Shown one piece after another: positions 9,415 through 18,547 of a DNA stretch of 64,000 bases. Within the stretch, counting starts at the first letter, position 1, and the number at the start of each line of letters is the position of its first letter. Location: IMG/VR virus record IMGVR_UViG_640753038_000002, one strand, 5' to 3'. The position numbers were made by a program, and so were the translations under genes. This stretch comes from a virus. The notes below the pieces were generated by a model that was not told the DNA's origin, made no database searches, and saw nothing but the letters and a program-made list of their open reading frames with translations.

Positions 9415-12400
9415 TTACACCTTTGAGAGCAACATGCGGAGCGCGGATATCTCAGGGCGCGCCGCAGGCGTTCCCGTGATTGTAATCAGCGCCCGTGCAT
9501 CAAGGTTTGCCGCCGGGTAGGCGGAACGAATAAAGGTTTGCTCAACCAGTCCATCGCCAAGCTGCGTTGCGCTCGAAACCGGAATTTCCGGGTAATCTCC
9601 CGACACGCCGATTTGCACCTTTGCCGACGATCCGGCAGGAAGGAGAGCGTCTAGAGTGACCAGAACCCGGTTTGTATCCAAGGCATCGATTGCTCGCGTC
9701 GCGTAGTTCGCCGTTGTCTGCAATTCGCCTTCCACGATTTGGATATCGGGAAAGATAAAAGGTGTTACCCGCTCTGTGCCGCGAAGAACCGCTTCAACCT
9801 GAATATTCTCATTCTGAAAATACTCATCGAAGCGGATCGTTTGCGACGGCGAAGAGGTAATTACTTCCCCGTTGGGGCGTGTCAGGCGGATTGAGACGTC
9901 AACCGAGGGATCGGGATATTCGACCCCGGCCCGGACGATGACGTCGGACATTTTTGTCGCCTTAAACGTCCCGATAGGGACAACCTTTTCGACTGGATCG
10001 AAACGGCAACCAAGCAACTCGAACCACAGGTCGGCTTCGTTGTGCACGGTCCATGTAGAAGCGTTGGACGATGACAACAGAACGCCAATGGTGAAAGGCT
10101 GCTCAGTGATGACAGCATTTAAATCGAGGTCGATCTTGCCGATTTCTGCGATAAACAGCGAATGTTCCGCATCGTCGGTAAGAACAACGAACGAGAATTC
10201 GCGCCCACCTTGCAAGAACACCGGGTAGCGGAAACGAGCGGTAAACACTTCACCCTCGTTGAGTTCCGTACCTGCTACAAACGCTTCGGCGAGAACGGTC
10301 GAGGTTGGAAGGCCAACGTCAACAGTTCGGATTTGGACAAGGATTGAATTCGAACGCGAGCCAACCTTTGCACACATCAAACGAATTCCAGACAAGCACC
10401 ACGACTGCGCAAGCGTGAAGGTTTGCGCAAGCGGGTCATGACCGCCGCCGCCGTCACTGCCGCCATCGCGCCTATTCGGCGTGACAGGGGTAGCGTTGTT
10501 CACCTGATTAACCGTTACGTTGGTGACGTTCGTTACGTTGTTGATAACGGTATTGTTGACGACCGGCTGCGGAAGGCTTTCGGTTGACGTCTCCATTGCG
10601 GACGTGAGGCGATATTCTTCAACAGTGATAGTTCCGCGAGCAACATAGCTGCACCCGGCAACCGTGCCGACCGATCCTTCGAAATAGATCGATTTAGCGC
10701 CGGTCGGCACATTCGCTGGAATATTGAAGCTTCCAGTTATGACGCCGTTTTCATCAGCCGGGCCGGAAACCGTTGGGGCAACTTCGATACCATCGAACTC
10801 CATATATTCGAGTACTTCGGCCTCAATGAAACCTTCCAGTCGGAACTTAACGTCACGCTGTCGAACGAACTGTGCTTCGACAATGTGTTCGCCGATTTTT
10901 TCGACCTGCTGTTCAAGCGAAATCCCGGTGATGTATTCACCTTCCGCCGCTTCAAACGCTTGTGTTTCTGGCGAAGTCCAGACGGTTTGCTTGTCGGTCC
11001 AAATGTCGGTTGAAGGCTCGACGCTCGCGCGTCCGGGCATTGGCGTAAAGGTTTGGTACGGATTGATCTTCTTCGACCCGCTGCGCCTGTTTTGGCGAAT
11101 GACCGGCACTTCCACGAAATCAAGGTGCTTGATGCCATTAAAGGTAGGGAACGAATGCAGAGTTGCTTTGATCGGCAAGCGGAGCTTGCCACCAAATACA
11201 GCGCCATTCTGTTCGATACCTTGATCGCGCATCGCATCATTGCGAAGCGGATCGACAAAGAGGCCGCGCTTTGCGCCAACGTCGCGAGCAGTCACGTCGT
11301 TTTTCAGACGTTCTTGCGCAACCAGATCGTACACGTCGATCAGCATTTTGCGCATGTCTTGGATTTCGTTGTACGGCACGTTGCGGACGCCAGTCGGTTC
11401 TACAACAGGCTTGCGACCCCAATCATTTGCGATACGGGCAAGCTCAATCATAGTGGAAGAAATGACCGGAGGTCGGGGCCGCGAAACGGCGGAAACACCA
11501 GCCACGTACACAAGTGCGCCGGTCGTATCCATGCACAAAGCATCGATACGCGGAAGCTTGTACGCGTAGTCAATCAGAACATTCGTGTTCTTAGCGGCAC
11601 CTGTGACGGTAACTTCATCACGCGTAACCGCATCAGGTTCAACGTTCTGATTGTAACGGTATTTGACGGTGTACGTGCTTCCGGGCGACGGTTCCGCGCC
11701 GCCGGGCGACCAATCAATTTGTCCCTGCGAAAGAAGCCAGCTAGCCGGTGAAGTATAAACGGTAGAACCTTGTTTCACTTCAAGTACGGCAGTGACGGAA
11801 GGGTGTTGAAGCGGATCAACGGCACCCGTATAGGGGCCATGTACTACCGTTTCGATTATTTCCTTTTCAATCGTTACGCGCCGAATGCTGCTGATCGGCG
11901 ACTTGGCCACTTTAAAAGTTTGAGTTCCACCAGTATCAGCAGTGAATGGATGCGGTTCCGCATCCACATTCCGAAGGTCCGGCTTTTCTTCAACTTCGAA
12001 CCGCATCGCTTGTTTGCGGACGATACGACGACCGTTTACGTAGGCAGTTCCTTCCGATAGGGAAAATACTTGCTTACCTTCGCCACTTGGACCGAGCGAC
12101 GTCACAAGAAAGCCGTTGTTCACGAACGATCCGTTGCTTTCGCCTGAATAGGTTTCAATTGCGCGGTAGATTTCCGAGAAATCGATATTCGTAGACGTCG
12201 TAAGGATCACGCCGTCACGCACCTGAAAGACCGAAAGAAGTGGTCCCGCTAGACCATCCTGCGAATGGCCCCAATCTACATAGATTTCAACGCGAGCCGG
12301 ACCCTCTTCCATATAGGCTTCGGTGCCGGGAATTGAGCCCTTTAGGCTCTCATCCTGAATATCCGTGACCAGTATTTCGGTTGAACGGACACCAATCGTC

Positions 12401-12738
12401 AAATCGCCTTTGTTCGGAAGAACGAAAGTCGCGGCGGCAACATCGTGAACGATACCGCCGATGTAGATTGGACATGCGGGAAGTTGAACACGAATATTAT
12501 CTTCGTCTTCAACTTCGACAACGGGGTCTTGGCCGTCCATGATACGGCCATCTTGCAAAATGTAGTCCAAGCCACGACGGGTTTGATCCATCGCGCGCGA
12601 CTGCATTTCGTTAAGGTCGGCAGACTGCAAGTAGACGCCCTGACCATCACGCGCCAAATCCTGAAAGGCAATAGCGTGCTGGCGACGCGAGCGGTCGTAG
12701 CGGTCGCTAAAACCGACGCGCTTGATGATGCTGTTCAT
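9415..12738 (-). CDS. Large baseplate/tail structural protein (DUF4815-like)
   Basis: 1107 aa; YLQSADLNEMQ, LSEGTAYVNG, GLFVDPLRND, DPLAQTF, LSSSNASTW motifs; between gpI and the fibre gene. Confidence 0.75.
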   Translation of the reverse strand: MNSIIKRVGFSDRYDRSRRQHAIAFQDLARDGQGVYLQSADLNEMQSRAMDQTRRGLDYILQDGRIMDGQDPVVEVEDEDNIRVQLPACPIYIGGIVHDVAAATFVLPNKGDLTIGVRSTEILVTDIQDESLKGSIPGTEAYMEEGPARVEIYVDWGHSQDGLAGPLLSVFQVRDGVILTTSTNIDFSEIYRAIETYSGESNGSFVNNGFLVTSLGPSGEGKQVFSLSEGTAYVNGRRIVRKQAMRFEVEEKPDLRNVDAEPHPFTADTGGTQTFKVAKSPISSIRRVTIEKEIIETVVHGPYTGAVDPLQHPSVTAVLEVKQGSTVYTSPASWLLSQGQIDWSPGGAEPSPGSTYTVKYRYNQNVEPDAVTRDEVTVTGAAKNTNVLIDYAYKLPRIDALCMDTTGALVYVAGVSAVSRPRPPVISSTMIELARIANDWGRKPVVEPTGVRNVPYNEIQDMRKMLIDVYDLVAQERLKNDVTARDVGAKRGLFVDPLRNDAMRDQGIEQNGAVFGGKLRLPIKATLHSFPTFNGIKHLDFVEVPVIRQNRRSGSKKINPYQTFTPMPGRASVEPSTDIWTDKQTVWTSPETQAFEAAEGEYITGISLEQQVEKIGEHIVEAQFVRQRDVKFRLEGFIEAEVLEYMEFDGIEVAPTVSGPADENGVITGSFNIPANVPTGAKSIYFEGSVGTVAGCSYVARGTITVEEYRLTSAMETSTESLPQPVVNNTVINNVTNVTNVTVNQVNNATPVTPNRRDGGSDGGGGHDPLAQTFTLAQSWCLSGIRLMCAKVGSRSNSILVQIRTVDVGLPTSTVLAEAFVAGTELNEGEVFTARFRYPVFLQGGREFSFVVLTDDAEHSLFIAEIGKIDLDLNAVITEQPFTIGVLLSSSNASTWTVHNEADLWFELLGCRFDPVEKVVPIGTFKATKMSDVIVRAGVEYPDPSVDVSIRLTRPNGEVITSSPSQTIRFDEYFQNENIQVEAVLRGTERVTPFIFPDIQIVEGELQTTANYATRAIDALDTNRVLVTLDALLPAGSSAKVQIGVSGDYPEIPVSSATQLGDGLVEQTFIRSAYPAANLDARALITITGTPAARPEISALRMLLSKV

Positions 12739-12746
12739 AGAACGCC

Positions 12747-13265
12747 TCACGTTGTCAGAATAAAGCTAAAGGTCTGGCCGATAGAGCCGTCGCGGATAAT
12801 CGGCGCGAAGCGATCTACTTCGATCATGCTACCGAGTTGCGTGATTTGAGATGCGGGAATGTAGGTCTGACCGCCGGGAACGGCGCTATCAAGAACCGTA
12901 TTAATGTAAATTCCAGCCTCGCGAAGTGTCGTTCCGCTAGCGTCAGCAAGATCAAGCTGAAACCGAACATAAACGAATTGGGTGGCTTCGCTGCTCTGCG
13001 AATAACGCGCACCATCCGCCATTAGGATTGCGCCGTCCGGGTCGGGAGCTACAAAATATTTGTCCCGTGTACGTGTTACTCCGACGAATTCGTCAAGGCC
13101 AACCAGTACAGACATGGCCGCGTCAAGCGCGGCCTGTTCTTCCGGTGTGGCTGGCGGCGGAACGCTATCCCAAGCGGGGTCGCCCTGACCAATCGCGAGA
13201 AAGAAGGTCATATCGAGAAGCGCTTTTGCGAGGGCAACGCGTCCGCCCTGTGTAAACACAGCCAT
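12747..13265 (-). CDS. Baseplate/fibre-attachment structural protein
   Basis: MAVFTQGGRVALAK...LREAGIY...DRFAPIIR pattern; position in the baseplate module. Confidence 0.6.
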   Translation of the reverse strand: MAVFTQGGRVALAKALLDMTFFLAIGQGDPAWDSVPPPATPEEQAALDAAMSVLVGLDEFVGVTRTRDKYFVAPDPDGAILMADGARYSQSSEATQFVYVRFQLDLADASGTTLREAGIYINTVLDSAVPGGQTYIPASQITQLGSMIEVDRFAPIIRDGSIGQTFSFILTT

Positions 13266-14072
13266 TTAAGAAATTCTCGTCTGAACACGCGGCACAGGAG
13301 AGCCGAACGGTTGATGAACAAAGGGCGCGTTTTGGAATTTAACGGTTGCCCGGTTCTGATAATCGACACGTACAGCGGCGGTCGCAGCAAAGCGGGCGGA
13401 CGGCTGATTGACCGGCACCTTTGCTTCAACTGTGCGAACCATAAGAATATGCTGTGTGTCATGAACGACGACGCCACCCGGAGGCACGTCCAATGTAACT
13501 TTGCGGTTTACGCGCAGGGACGCGACGGGTCCGCCCGGTTCAAGCCGTTTTCCCGACCAGTTATTCAGCCCTGCGCTGCCATTGAGACGATGAGTATTGA
13601 GCCGAAAGGCGCGAACGTCCCATCCCGCAGTAACGCGAGCGAATTCGGAACGAAGAGGCTTAGAAGCCTTTACCAATTGGGTAATCGGTAGAACTACATT
13701 CGCATCACGCACTTCAAATGGTAGATGGACTTGAAACCACCACCATTTTTGCGCCTTAGCAGGAAATTCCTCTATGTCGCCGTCGTGGCTAATCCATTGC
13801 AAAGCCTTGTGAATGGCTGCTGGCGTTCCGATTAGTCGTTGCCACTGGATACCTTCGCGAAGTACGTCGCGAAGATTGGGCAGATAGCCCGCAATTTCGG
13901 CAAGACCATATTCCGAAACAAGGTAAGGAATAACTTTGTCGTTTGGATCAAACTTGAACCCTCGCAACGAGACGATGCCGGGCGACAATTCAGGGGTGCG
14001 GTCTGCCGCTTCTGAAAGCGCAATCTCAAGCGCCGTCGCATTGCTTGGTAGCAACGCTTTACGGTCTGCCAT
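13266..14072 (-). CDS. Tail protein I (P2 gpI-like)
   Basis: LLPSNATALEIAL...LREGIQWQRLIGTPAAI; follows gpJ. Confidence 0.85.
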   Translation of the reverse strand: MADRKALLPSNATALEIALSEAADRTPELSPGIVSLRGFKFDPNDKVIPYLVSEYGLAEIAGYLPNLRDVLREGIQWQRLIGTPAAIHKALQWISHDGDIEEFPAKAQKWWWFQVHLPFEVRDANVVLPITQLVKASKPLRSEFARVTAGWDVRAFRLNTHRLNGSAGLNNWSGKRLEPGGPVASLRVNRKVTLDVPPGGVVVHDTQHILMVRTVEAKVPVNQPSARFAATAAVRVDYQNRATVKFQNAPFVHQPFGSPVPRVQTRIS

Positions 14073-14944
14073 TAGTAGTCACGCCCTTTAAAATTGAGTT
14101 TGATATCACCGAGCGCGATAGCGGTTCCCGGCGGCACTATGACGGCTTGAGCAGGCTTTACGACTTGAACCCGTTGCACGCCGGAAAGGTGAAGCCGTGC
14201 TTCGATCCAAGACGGGATAAGGTCAAATCCGATCCCCGTTTCGGCGTTCCAAGCCTTCCGAAGTGCCGGTTCGAGAGTGTCCATCACAGTGTTAGGTGCG
14301 GATGGCAGGAGCCAGATATTAGCTTCGATATCCGTTCCAGTTGAAACAGCAGCTTCAACGATAACAGTGTCATTGAGCGGGCGAACTTCATCGCTAGTAA
14401 CAATAGCTCGCACTGCGCCAAGCATCTCTTCGTCAGGGATGCCGCCGTTAAGTTGTGAGAGGATTGCGATATGGATAATCGGCCAAAATTCTTCACGATA
14501 AACGGCAACGTCACGAATGCGGACGTCTGCTCGCTTTGCAGCGGCAGCGTACCAGTAAGCGCCGCCCGCTGGCGAGCGAGCTTGAATAGCCAAGACTACC
14601 CGGCTTCGAAGGGCCTCATCCGTTTCACCTTCTAGACGAACGACGTCATAGAAGGCGGCAAGCTGATCCAAATCACCGCCCAATGCGAAAGAGACAAGGT
14701 TCGCTCTTGCCGCATCGTTTACACGCGCCCGGAGAAGGAACTCGCGATATGCCGACGCTTGAAGCACGATCATCACCGGATCGGTTTCAAGAATTTGCAC
14801 GTCATAATCGGGAAGAGCCGGATTTTTCTGTCGCGCTACCGCCCAATATTGTTGAAAGTTTTGGATTTGCTGACGAAGGATTTCTTCGTAGTCGAGTTCT
14901 TCAATAACGTCGGGCGGCGGAAGCGCCGTTAAGTCCATTGCCAT
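14072..14944 (-). CDS. Baseplate assembly protein J
   Basis: LPPPDVIEELDYEEI...RARVNDAARANL...DLDQLAAFY...ETDEALRSR. Confidence 0.93.
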   Translation of the reverse strand: MAMDLTALPPPDVIEELDYEEILRQQIQNFQQYWAVARQKNPALPDYDVQILETDPVMIVLQASAYREFLLRARVNDAARANLVSFALGGDLDQLAAFYDVVRLEGETDEALRSRVVLAIQARSPAGGAYWYAAAAKRADVRIRDVAVYREEFWPIIHIAILSQLNGGIPDEEMLGAVRAIVTSDEVRPLNDTVIVEAAVSTGTDIEANIWLLPSAPNTVMDTLEPALRKAWNAETGIGFDLIPSWIEARLHLSGVQRVQVVKPAQAVIVPPGTAIALGDIKLNFKGRDY

Positions 14945-15028
14945 TCTAGCGCCTCATTGGAAACCGCACAGACGCGCAGGCGCGATGCGGCAAAAGCCGC
15001 TTCAAGCGCCTGTCGTGAGTTTCTGTGC

Positions 15029-15442
15029 CTACAGACTTGAAAGAGAGACGAAGCCGCCCGATCCAGCTTCAACGACGACACGTTTCGCGCCTTGAACGGT
15101 GAAATCGCCAAGGTGGCCGCGTGGTCGGTACTGACCTTCAATCACCAAGCGAAGTTCACCTTGGCGAAGTTCGTCGGGTGTCGAAGCAACGTGAATTTGG
15201 GTTAGCGAAAATCGAGGTTCGAATTCGAGCGCGGCATAAATTGACACCATCAACCGCAATACGACGGCTGAGGAAATGTTCTCACCAAGGATCGCCGGGA
15301 TTAGTGAACCAAACCAGCGCCGCATAACCCGTGCGCTAAATGCCGTCGTAAAGATAACTTCAAGCGATTGTTCGACATGGAGCCAACCACCCAACGGCTT
15401 GCCGGTAATTCGATCAACGCCGTAGCCTGCTCCATTATCCAT
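15029..15442 (-). CDS. Baseplate wedge protein (GPW/gp25 family)
   Basis: GVDRITGKPL..W.HVEQS...IFTT...RVMRRWFGS...EPRF. Confidence 0.9.
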   Translation of the reverse strand: MDNGAGYGVDRITGKPLGGWLHVEQSLEVIFTTAFSARVMRRWFGSLIPAILGENISSAVVLRLMVSIYAALEFEPRFSLTQIHVASTPDELRQGELRLVIEGQYRPRGHLGDFTVQGAKRVVVEAGSGGFVSLSSL

Positions 15443-15670
15443 TTACTTTCGCCGCCTCTTTCTTGGCGCGCTTGATATCGCCATATTGGACGGCGACGAC
15501 GCGATAACTTGGACATTTGGTGTAGCTTCGACGGGGCAAATAATGCCGCGCATCAGTTCGTATTCGGCTTGCTGTAATGACAATTCGAGTATGTCACCGG
15601 GCCGAACTTTGCGACCCGCAACCCACAAGCCCGCGCGTTCGGTCACGCGATAGCGTTTCCGTTCAGACAT
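15443..15670 (-). CDS. Hypothetical protein
   Basis: 75-aa ORF abutting both neighbours within the baseplate operon. Confidence 0.6.
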   Translation of the reverse strand: MSERKRYRVTERAGLWVAGRKVRPGDILELSLQQAEYELMRGIICPVEATPNVQVIASSPSNMAISSAPRKRRRK

Positions 15671-15688
15671 TTTAGCCTCGCAGATTGG

Positions 15689-15952
15689 TTAAGGGATACG
15701 GAAGAAGGGACGGCCAGAAGTGGTATGGCCGCACGAAGCGGCGTGTCCTTCGCGGCAGACCGGAATTCCTTTTATTCGGAACTTAGCGGTTCCTTGCGCC
15801 ATTACCGGCGCGTTATGCGGAAACAAGCCATGTCCCGCTACCGCGTCACCAACGACAACAGCCGGAGCGCCACGTACTTTGAACTTTGCGGCCTGCATTC
15901 CAAGCTGCTTGCCCCCGGCGCTGTCGATACCAACGCAAGCTATTCCAGGCAT
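15689..15952 (-). CDS. PAAR-domain spike tip protein
   Basis: GAPAVVVGDAVAGH...H...GIPVCREGHAASCGH metal-binding PAAR pattern. Confidence 0.88.
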   Translation of the reverse strand: MPGIACVGIDSAGGKQLGMQAAKFKVRGAPAVVVGDAVAGHGLFPHNAPVMAQGTAKFRIKGIPVCREGHAASCGHTTSGRPFFRIP

Positions 15953-16167
15953 TTGAATACCTCGCGCGCGCGATCAAGCGCGTTCTTGTCGAGCGGATTT
16001 AGTAGAACCGCGTTTTCGCCCTTGACCATGAACGTTGAACTATTCTCGCGGTCAGTGACGATTAGAAGTTCGTCGCCGTATCGGTTGATGCCGAACGTCA
16101 GACAAGAACCGCCCGTGTCCGAAGCGCCGTTCCGCGCTTCGGTAATAATCTCTGACAGTGCTTTCAT
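15940..16167 (-). CDS. Hypothetical protein between the spike and PAAR genes
   Basis: 75-aa ORF, TAATG-coupled to gpV. Confidence 0.55.
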   Translation of the reverse strand: MKALSEIITEARNGASDTGGSCLTFGINRYGDELLIVTDRENSSTFMVKGENAVLLNPLDKNALDRAREVFKCLE

Positions 16168-16640
16168 TAATCGAACTCGAAATCATCCGACGAAGCGCGG
16201 AAACTGCCGCCCTTCATTTCAAGCGTGGTTCCATCGCACTTAAAAAAAACGCGAGGCGCGGTTATGATGATTTCAGTTCCGCGCAGTTCCACCTTGATAC
16301 TTCCAAAGGTCAACACGTTTTCGTCGCCCTTTGAACTCGGCGAAGCGTTTTGATTACTCCATGTCATCGGTAGGGCGACGGCTTGCCGGAAATCCCCGGA
16401 AGGCGACAGCAAGGTCATTTGCTGGCCGACACTTGGCGGCGAATGAACCTTTAGCGCACCTGCAATCTGTCCGTATGGAACCCACGGCGATATGAATGGC
16501 TTTTCGTCCGTACCGCCGATGCTAATCCTTGCCGTTCCGGCTTCGGGATCAACTTCGGCAACAGTTCCATGGCGCATCATACCGTCAAGCCTTCGCTCAA
16601 GATCGGCAATACGCGAAGCCATTTCGATAATGGTTTTCAT
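16167..16640 (-). CDS. Baseplate spike protein V (gpV)
   Basis: RHGTVAEVD...SPWVPY.QIAG...PPSVGQQMTLLSPSGD. Confidence 0.92.
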   Translation of the reverse strand: MKTIIEMASRIADLERRLDGMMRHGTVAEVDPEAGTARISIGGTDEKPFISPWVPYGQIAGALKVHSPPSVGQQMTLLSPSGDFRQAVALPMTWSNQNASPSSKGDENVLTFGSIKVELRGTEIIITAPRVFFKCDGTTLEMKGGSFRASSDDFEFD

Positions 16641-17488
16641 GTTCCGTCCGGCCCCAAAGCTTCGTTGATTGCATTTGCGTCAAGGTTCCAGTTTCCGTTG
16701 TCGGTTTGGATTTCTGCGCCTGCTACCGTCGTCGGAACGTCATTAGGCGATAGTGGATTGACGACCGGGGCGAAGCCCATTGCGTCAGCAGTTTCGGCAT
16801 TCACACCGAGCGAAGCCATAGCACTGCGCCACGCTGGAAGATCGGGCACTTCAATTTCGTTCCGAATGATTTTCGCAAGCTTTTGTATCCCCGGATCGGG
16901 GTCGTCTTCAAAGGCGGCGAGCAGTTCAGCCCACGCACCTTCGACCGGCTGTCCGAACTCCGGCTCTGATAGCGTTTCAGTCGTAATAATCGACTGTTGC
17001 GCTGCGTAGCGAACGCCTTTTTCCGCGCTCGCTCCGCGCCGCGAAAGCACAGAACTAACCGACAAGGCAAATTTCCGCCAAAGGCGGGGCCATTTTCCTT
17101 GATCGGAAAGCAGAACACGAAATGTCTGCCTACGGATCAGGTTCAAGGTAGCCTCAAGTCCAGCATCCGTATGCGGGATTTCATAAGAGACTAATTCTTC
17201 TTCGCCTTCTTCGCCGTTTTCCTTTTCGACCTTAACTTTAACCGACACGGCAGTCGCGGCGGCGAATTCTAGCGTCAACTGTAACTCACGCGAGGCATTC
17301 AGAAGGTCGCGACCTGCGACCGTTTGTTTATCATCGTCGGTATAAACGAGGATTACCGGCTGAGCTTCTTGTTTGATCCGCTGGTCAATAGGATCAATCG
17401 CGCTATCGAACACGCAAGCACCGGCAAGCGTGCTGTTTTGCAATGCCCTGACGGTGATAATGCGAAGCGCAAGCGGAATTAGGCTCAC
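16637..17488 (-). CDS. Putative tail completion/terminator protein
   Basis: GTG start with GGAGA RBS; SLIPLALRIITVRAL...VFDSAIDP...ILVYTDDD; between the head-tail joining gene and gpV. Confidence 0.6.
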   Translation of the reverse strand: MSLIPLALRIITVRALQNSTLAGACVFDSAIDPIDQRIKQEAQPVILVYTDDDKQTVAGRDLLNASRELQLTLEFAAATAVSVKVKVEKENGEEGEEELVSYEIPHTDAGLEATLNLIRRQTFRVLLSDQGKWPRLWRKFALSVSSVLSRRGASAEKGVRYAAQQSIITTETLSEPEFGQPVEGAWAELLAAFEDDPDPGIQKLAKIIRNEIEVPDLPAWRSAMASLGVNAETADAMGFAPVVNPLSPNDVPTTVAGAEIQTDNGNWNLDANAINEALGPDGT

Positions 17489-17490
17489 TT

Positions 17491-17895
17491 CTAAATCTCC
17501 CGAACGAGGATAACGTGAAGGTCGCCGTGGTCCAAATGACGCGGTTCGACAACAGAATAAGCGGGCGATCCTGTGCGAGAAGAGAGGCGCACAAGATCGC
17601 CCTTGCGCGGGAGCCACAGCATTGCGGCCACGTCAGAGGCCATAATCTGGATGCTCACCGCGCCATTGGTTAAGCGGGTCACGCCGGGCAGGCTATTGCC
17701 GGAACGCTGTCCGCCGATATCGTCGGCGTCCGGTTCGTCGGCAAACACTGCGCGGACATTGATCGCCGGTCGGTCAGGATCGGCGGTTCGGCCTGAATAC
17801 TGACTATCGATCCGGCCAGTAATGGAAACTTCTTCGCCGTAAAGGCGGTCAACCGCTCGACCAGCGACGCGGCTCAAGCGGTCAAACGCGGGCAT
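17491..17895 (-). CDS. Head-tail joining protein
   Basis: 134 aa; position after the capsid decoration genes; PRKGDLV...YSV pattern. Confidence 0.6.
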   Translation of the reverse strand: MPAFDRLSRVAGRAVDRLYGEEVSITGRIDSQYSGRTADPDRPAINVRAVFADEPDADDIGGQRSGNSLPGVTRLTNGAVSIQIMASDVAAMLWLPRKGDLVRLSSRTGSPAYSVVEPRHLDHGDLHVILVREI

Positions 17896-18078
17896 TTACT
17901 TGTCCTTGGTCTTCGGTTCCGGCTTCGCGGTTTCCTTGGTCGCCTTGTTCGGGTCTTCAAGAAGCCCGGCGGCGATATAGCGCTTCGCCTGCTCAGCATC
18001 CGCGAGCGGGACCGTCGAACCTGCTGTCACCGGCTTACCGTCAATCCAAGTGTCGCAGGTAACTTTGTAGTCTGGCAT
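17896..18078 (-). CDS. Small head-module protein (lambda gpFI-like position)
   Basis: GGAGG RBS; 60 aa with Lys/Glu/Pro-rich tail. Confidence 0.55.
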   Translation of the reverse strand: MPDYKVTCDTWIDGKPVTAGSTVPLADAEQAKRYIAAGLLEDPNKATKETAKPEPKTKDK

Positions 18079-18092
18079 AGCATCCTCCAACG

Positions 18093-18118
18093 AAAAGCCC
18101 GCCGGTTAGGGCGGGCTT
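18093..18118 (-). terminator. Intrinsic terminator-like hairpin
   Basis: AAGCCCGCC/GGCGGGCTT stem plus TTTT on the minus strand. Confidence 0.7.
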
Positions 18119-18136
18119 GGTCTGGTTTGTCAGTGA

Positions 18137-18475
18137 TTAAGCTGCAAACGAGGAATTAAGGCGGACCTGACCTGAGCCAGACGGATTTGCGGCGGCAGCG
18201 GCGGCAACGCCTGCAAGGGTGTTCTCACCTGCGGTAGCGGTAAGAACCTTGTTAGTCGCATCGAAATAGATCGGCGCACCAACGGTCCAAGCTTCTGCGG
18301 CGTTTTTGGCGTATTCGTACACGCCGCCAATCTTGGCTTCGAACTCAGCGCCAGCGACAGCAGACGTTGCGGCAACGGCAACAATGGAACCCTGAACGAC
18401 AATTTCGCCGCTCTTAACGCCACCGGCACCGGCTACAAGCGTCAGAACGTCGCCGGGCTGAATGTAATTCTTCAT
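18137..18475 (-). CDS. Capsid cement/decoration protein (DUF2190-like)
   Basis: MKNYIQPGDVLTLVA...VKSGE...GAPIYFD...GQVRLN. Confidence 0.88.
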   Translation of the reverse strand: MKNYIQPGDVLTLVAGAGGVKSGEIVVQGSIVAVAATSAVAGAEFEAKIGGVYEYAKNAAEAWTVGAPIYFDATNKVLTATAGENTLAGVAAAAAANPSGSGQVRLNSSFAA

Positions 18476-18499
18476 TTTCGCGTCCTTTCACGAAATCTC

Positions 18500-18530
18500 A
18501 AAAGAAAAGCCGCGCTCAATGGCGCGGCTT
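18500..18530 (-). terminator. Intrinsic terminator-like hairpin after the capsid gene
   Basis: AAGCCGCGC/GCGCGGCTT stem plus TTTTCTTTT on the minus strand. Confidence 0.75.
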
Positions 18531-18547
18531 GATCGGGGTAGTTTGGA

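Noticed and set aside
10470-10570. Asn/Val/Thr low-complexity run (NNTVINNVTNVTNVTVNQVNN)
   Set aside because: In-frame linker inside the large baseplate protein; no exact DNA repeat unit suggesting phase variation
4519-16640. Sheath, tube, PAAR and baseplate as a tailocin, eCIS or T6SS
   Set aside because: Capsid, portal, terminase and tape measure genes are contiguous, so this is a phage tail
18137-18475. RecA/RadA recombinase label often attached to this family
   Set aside because: 112 aa with no Walker motifs, directly after the capsid gene; fits a capsid cement protein
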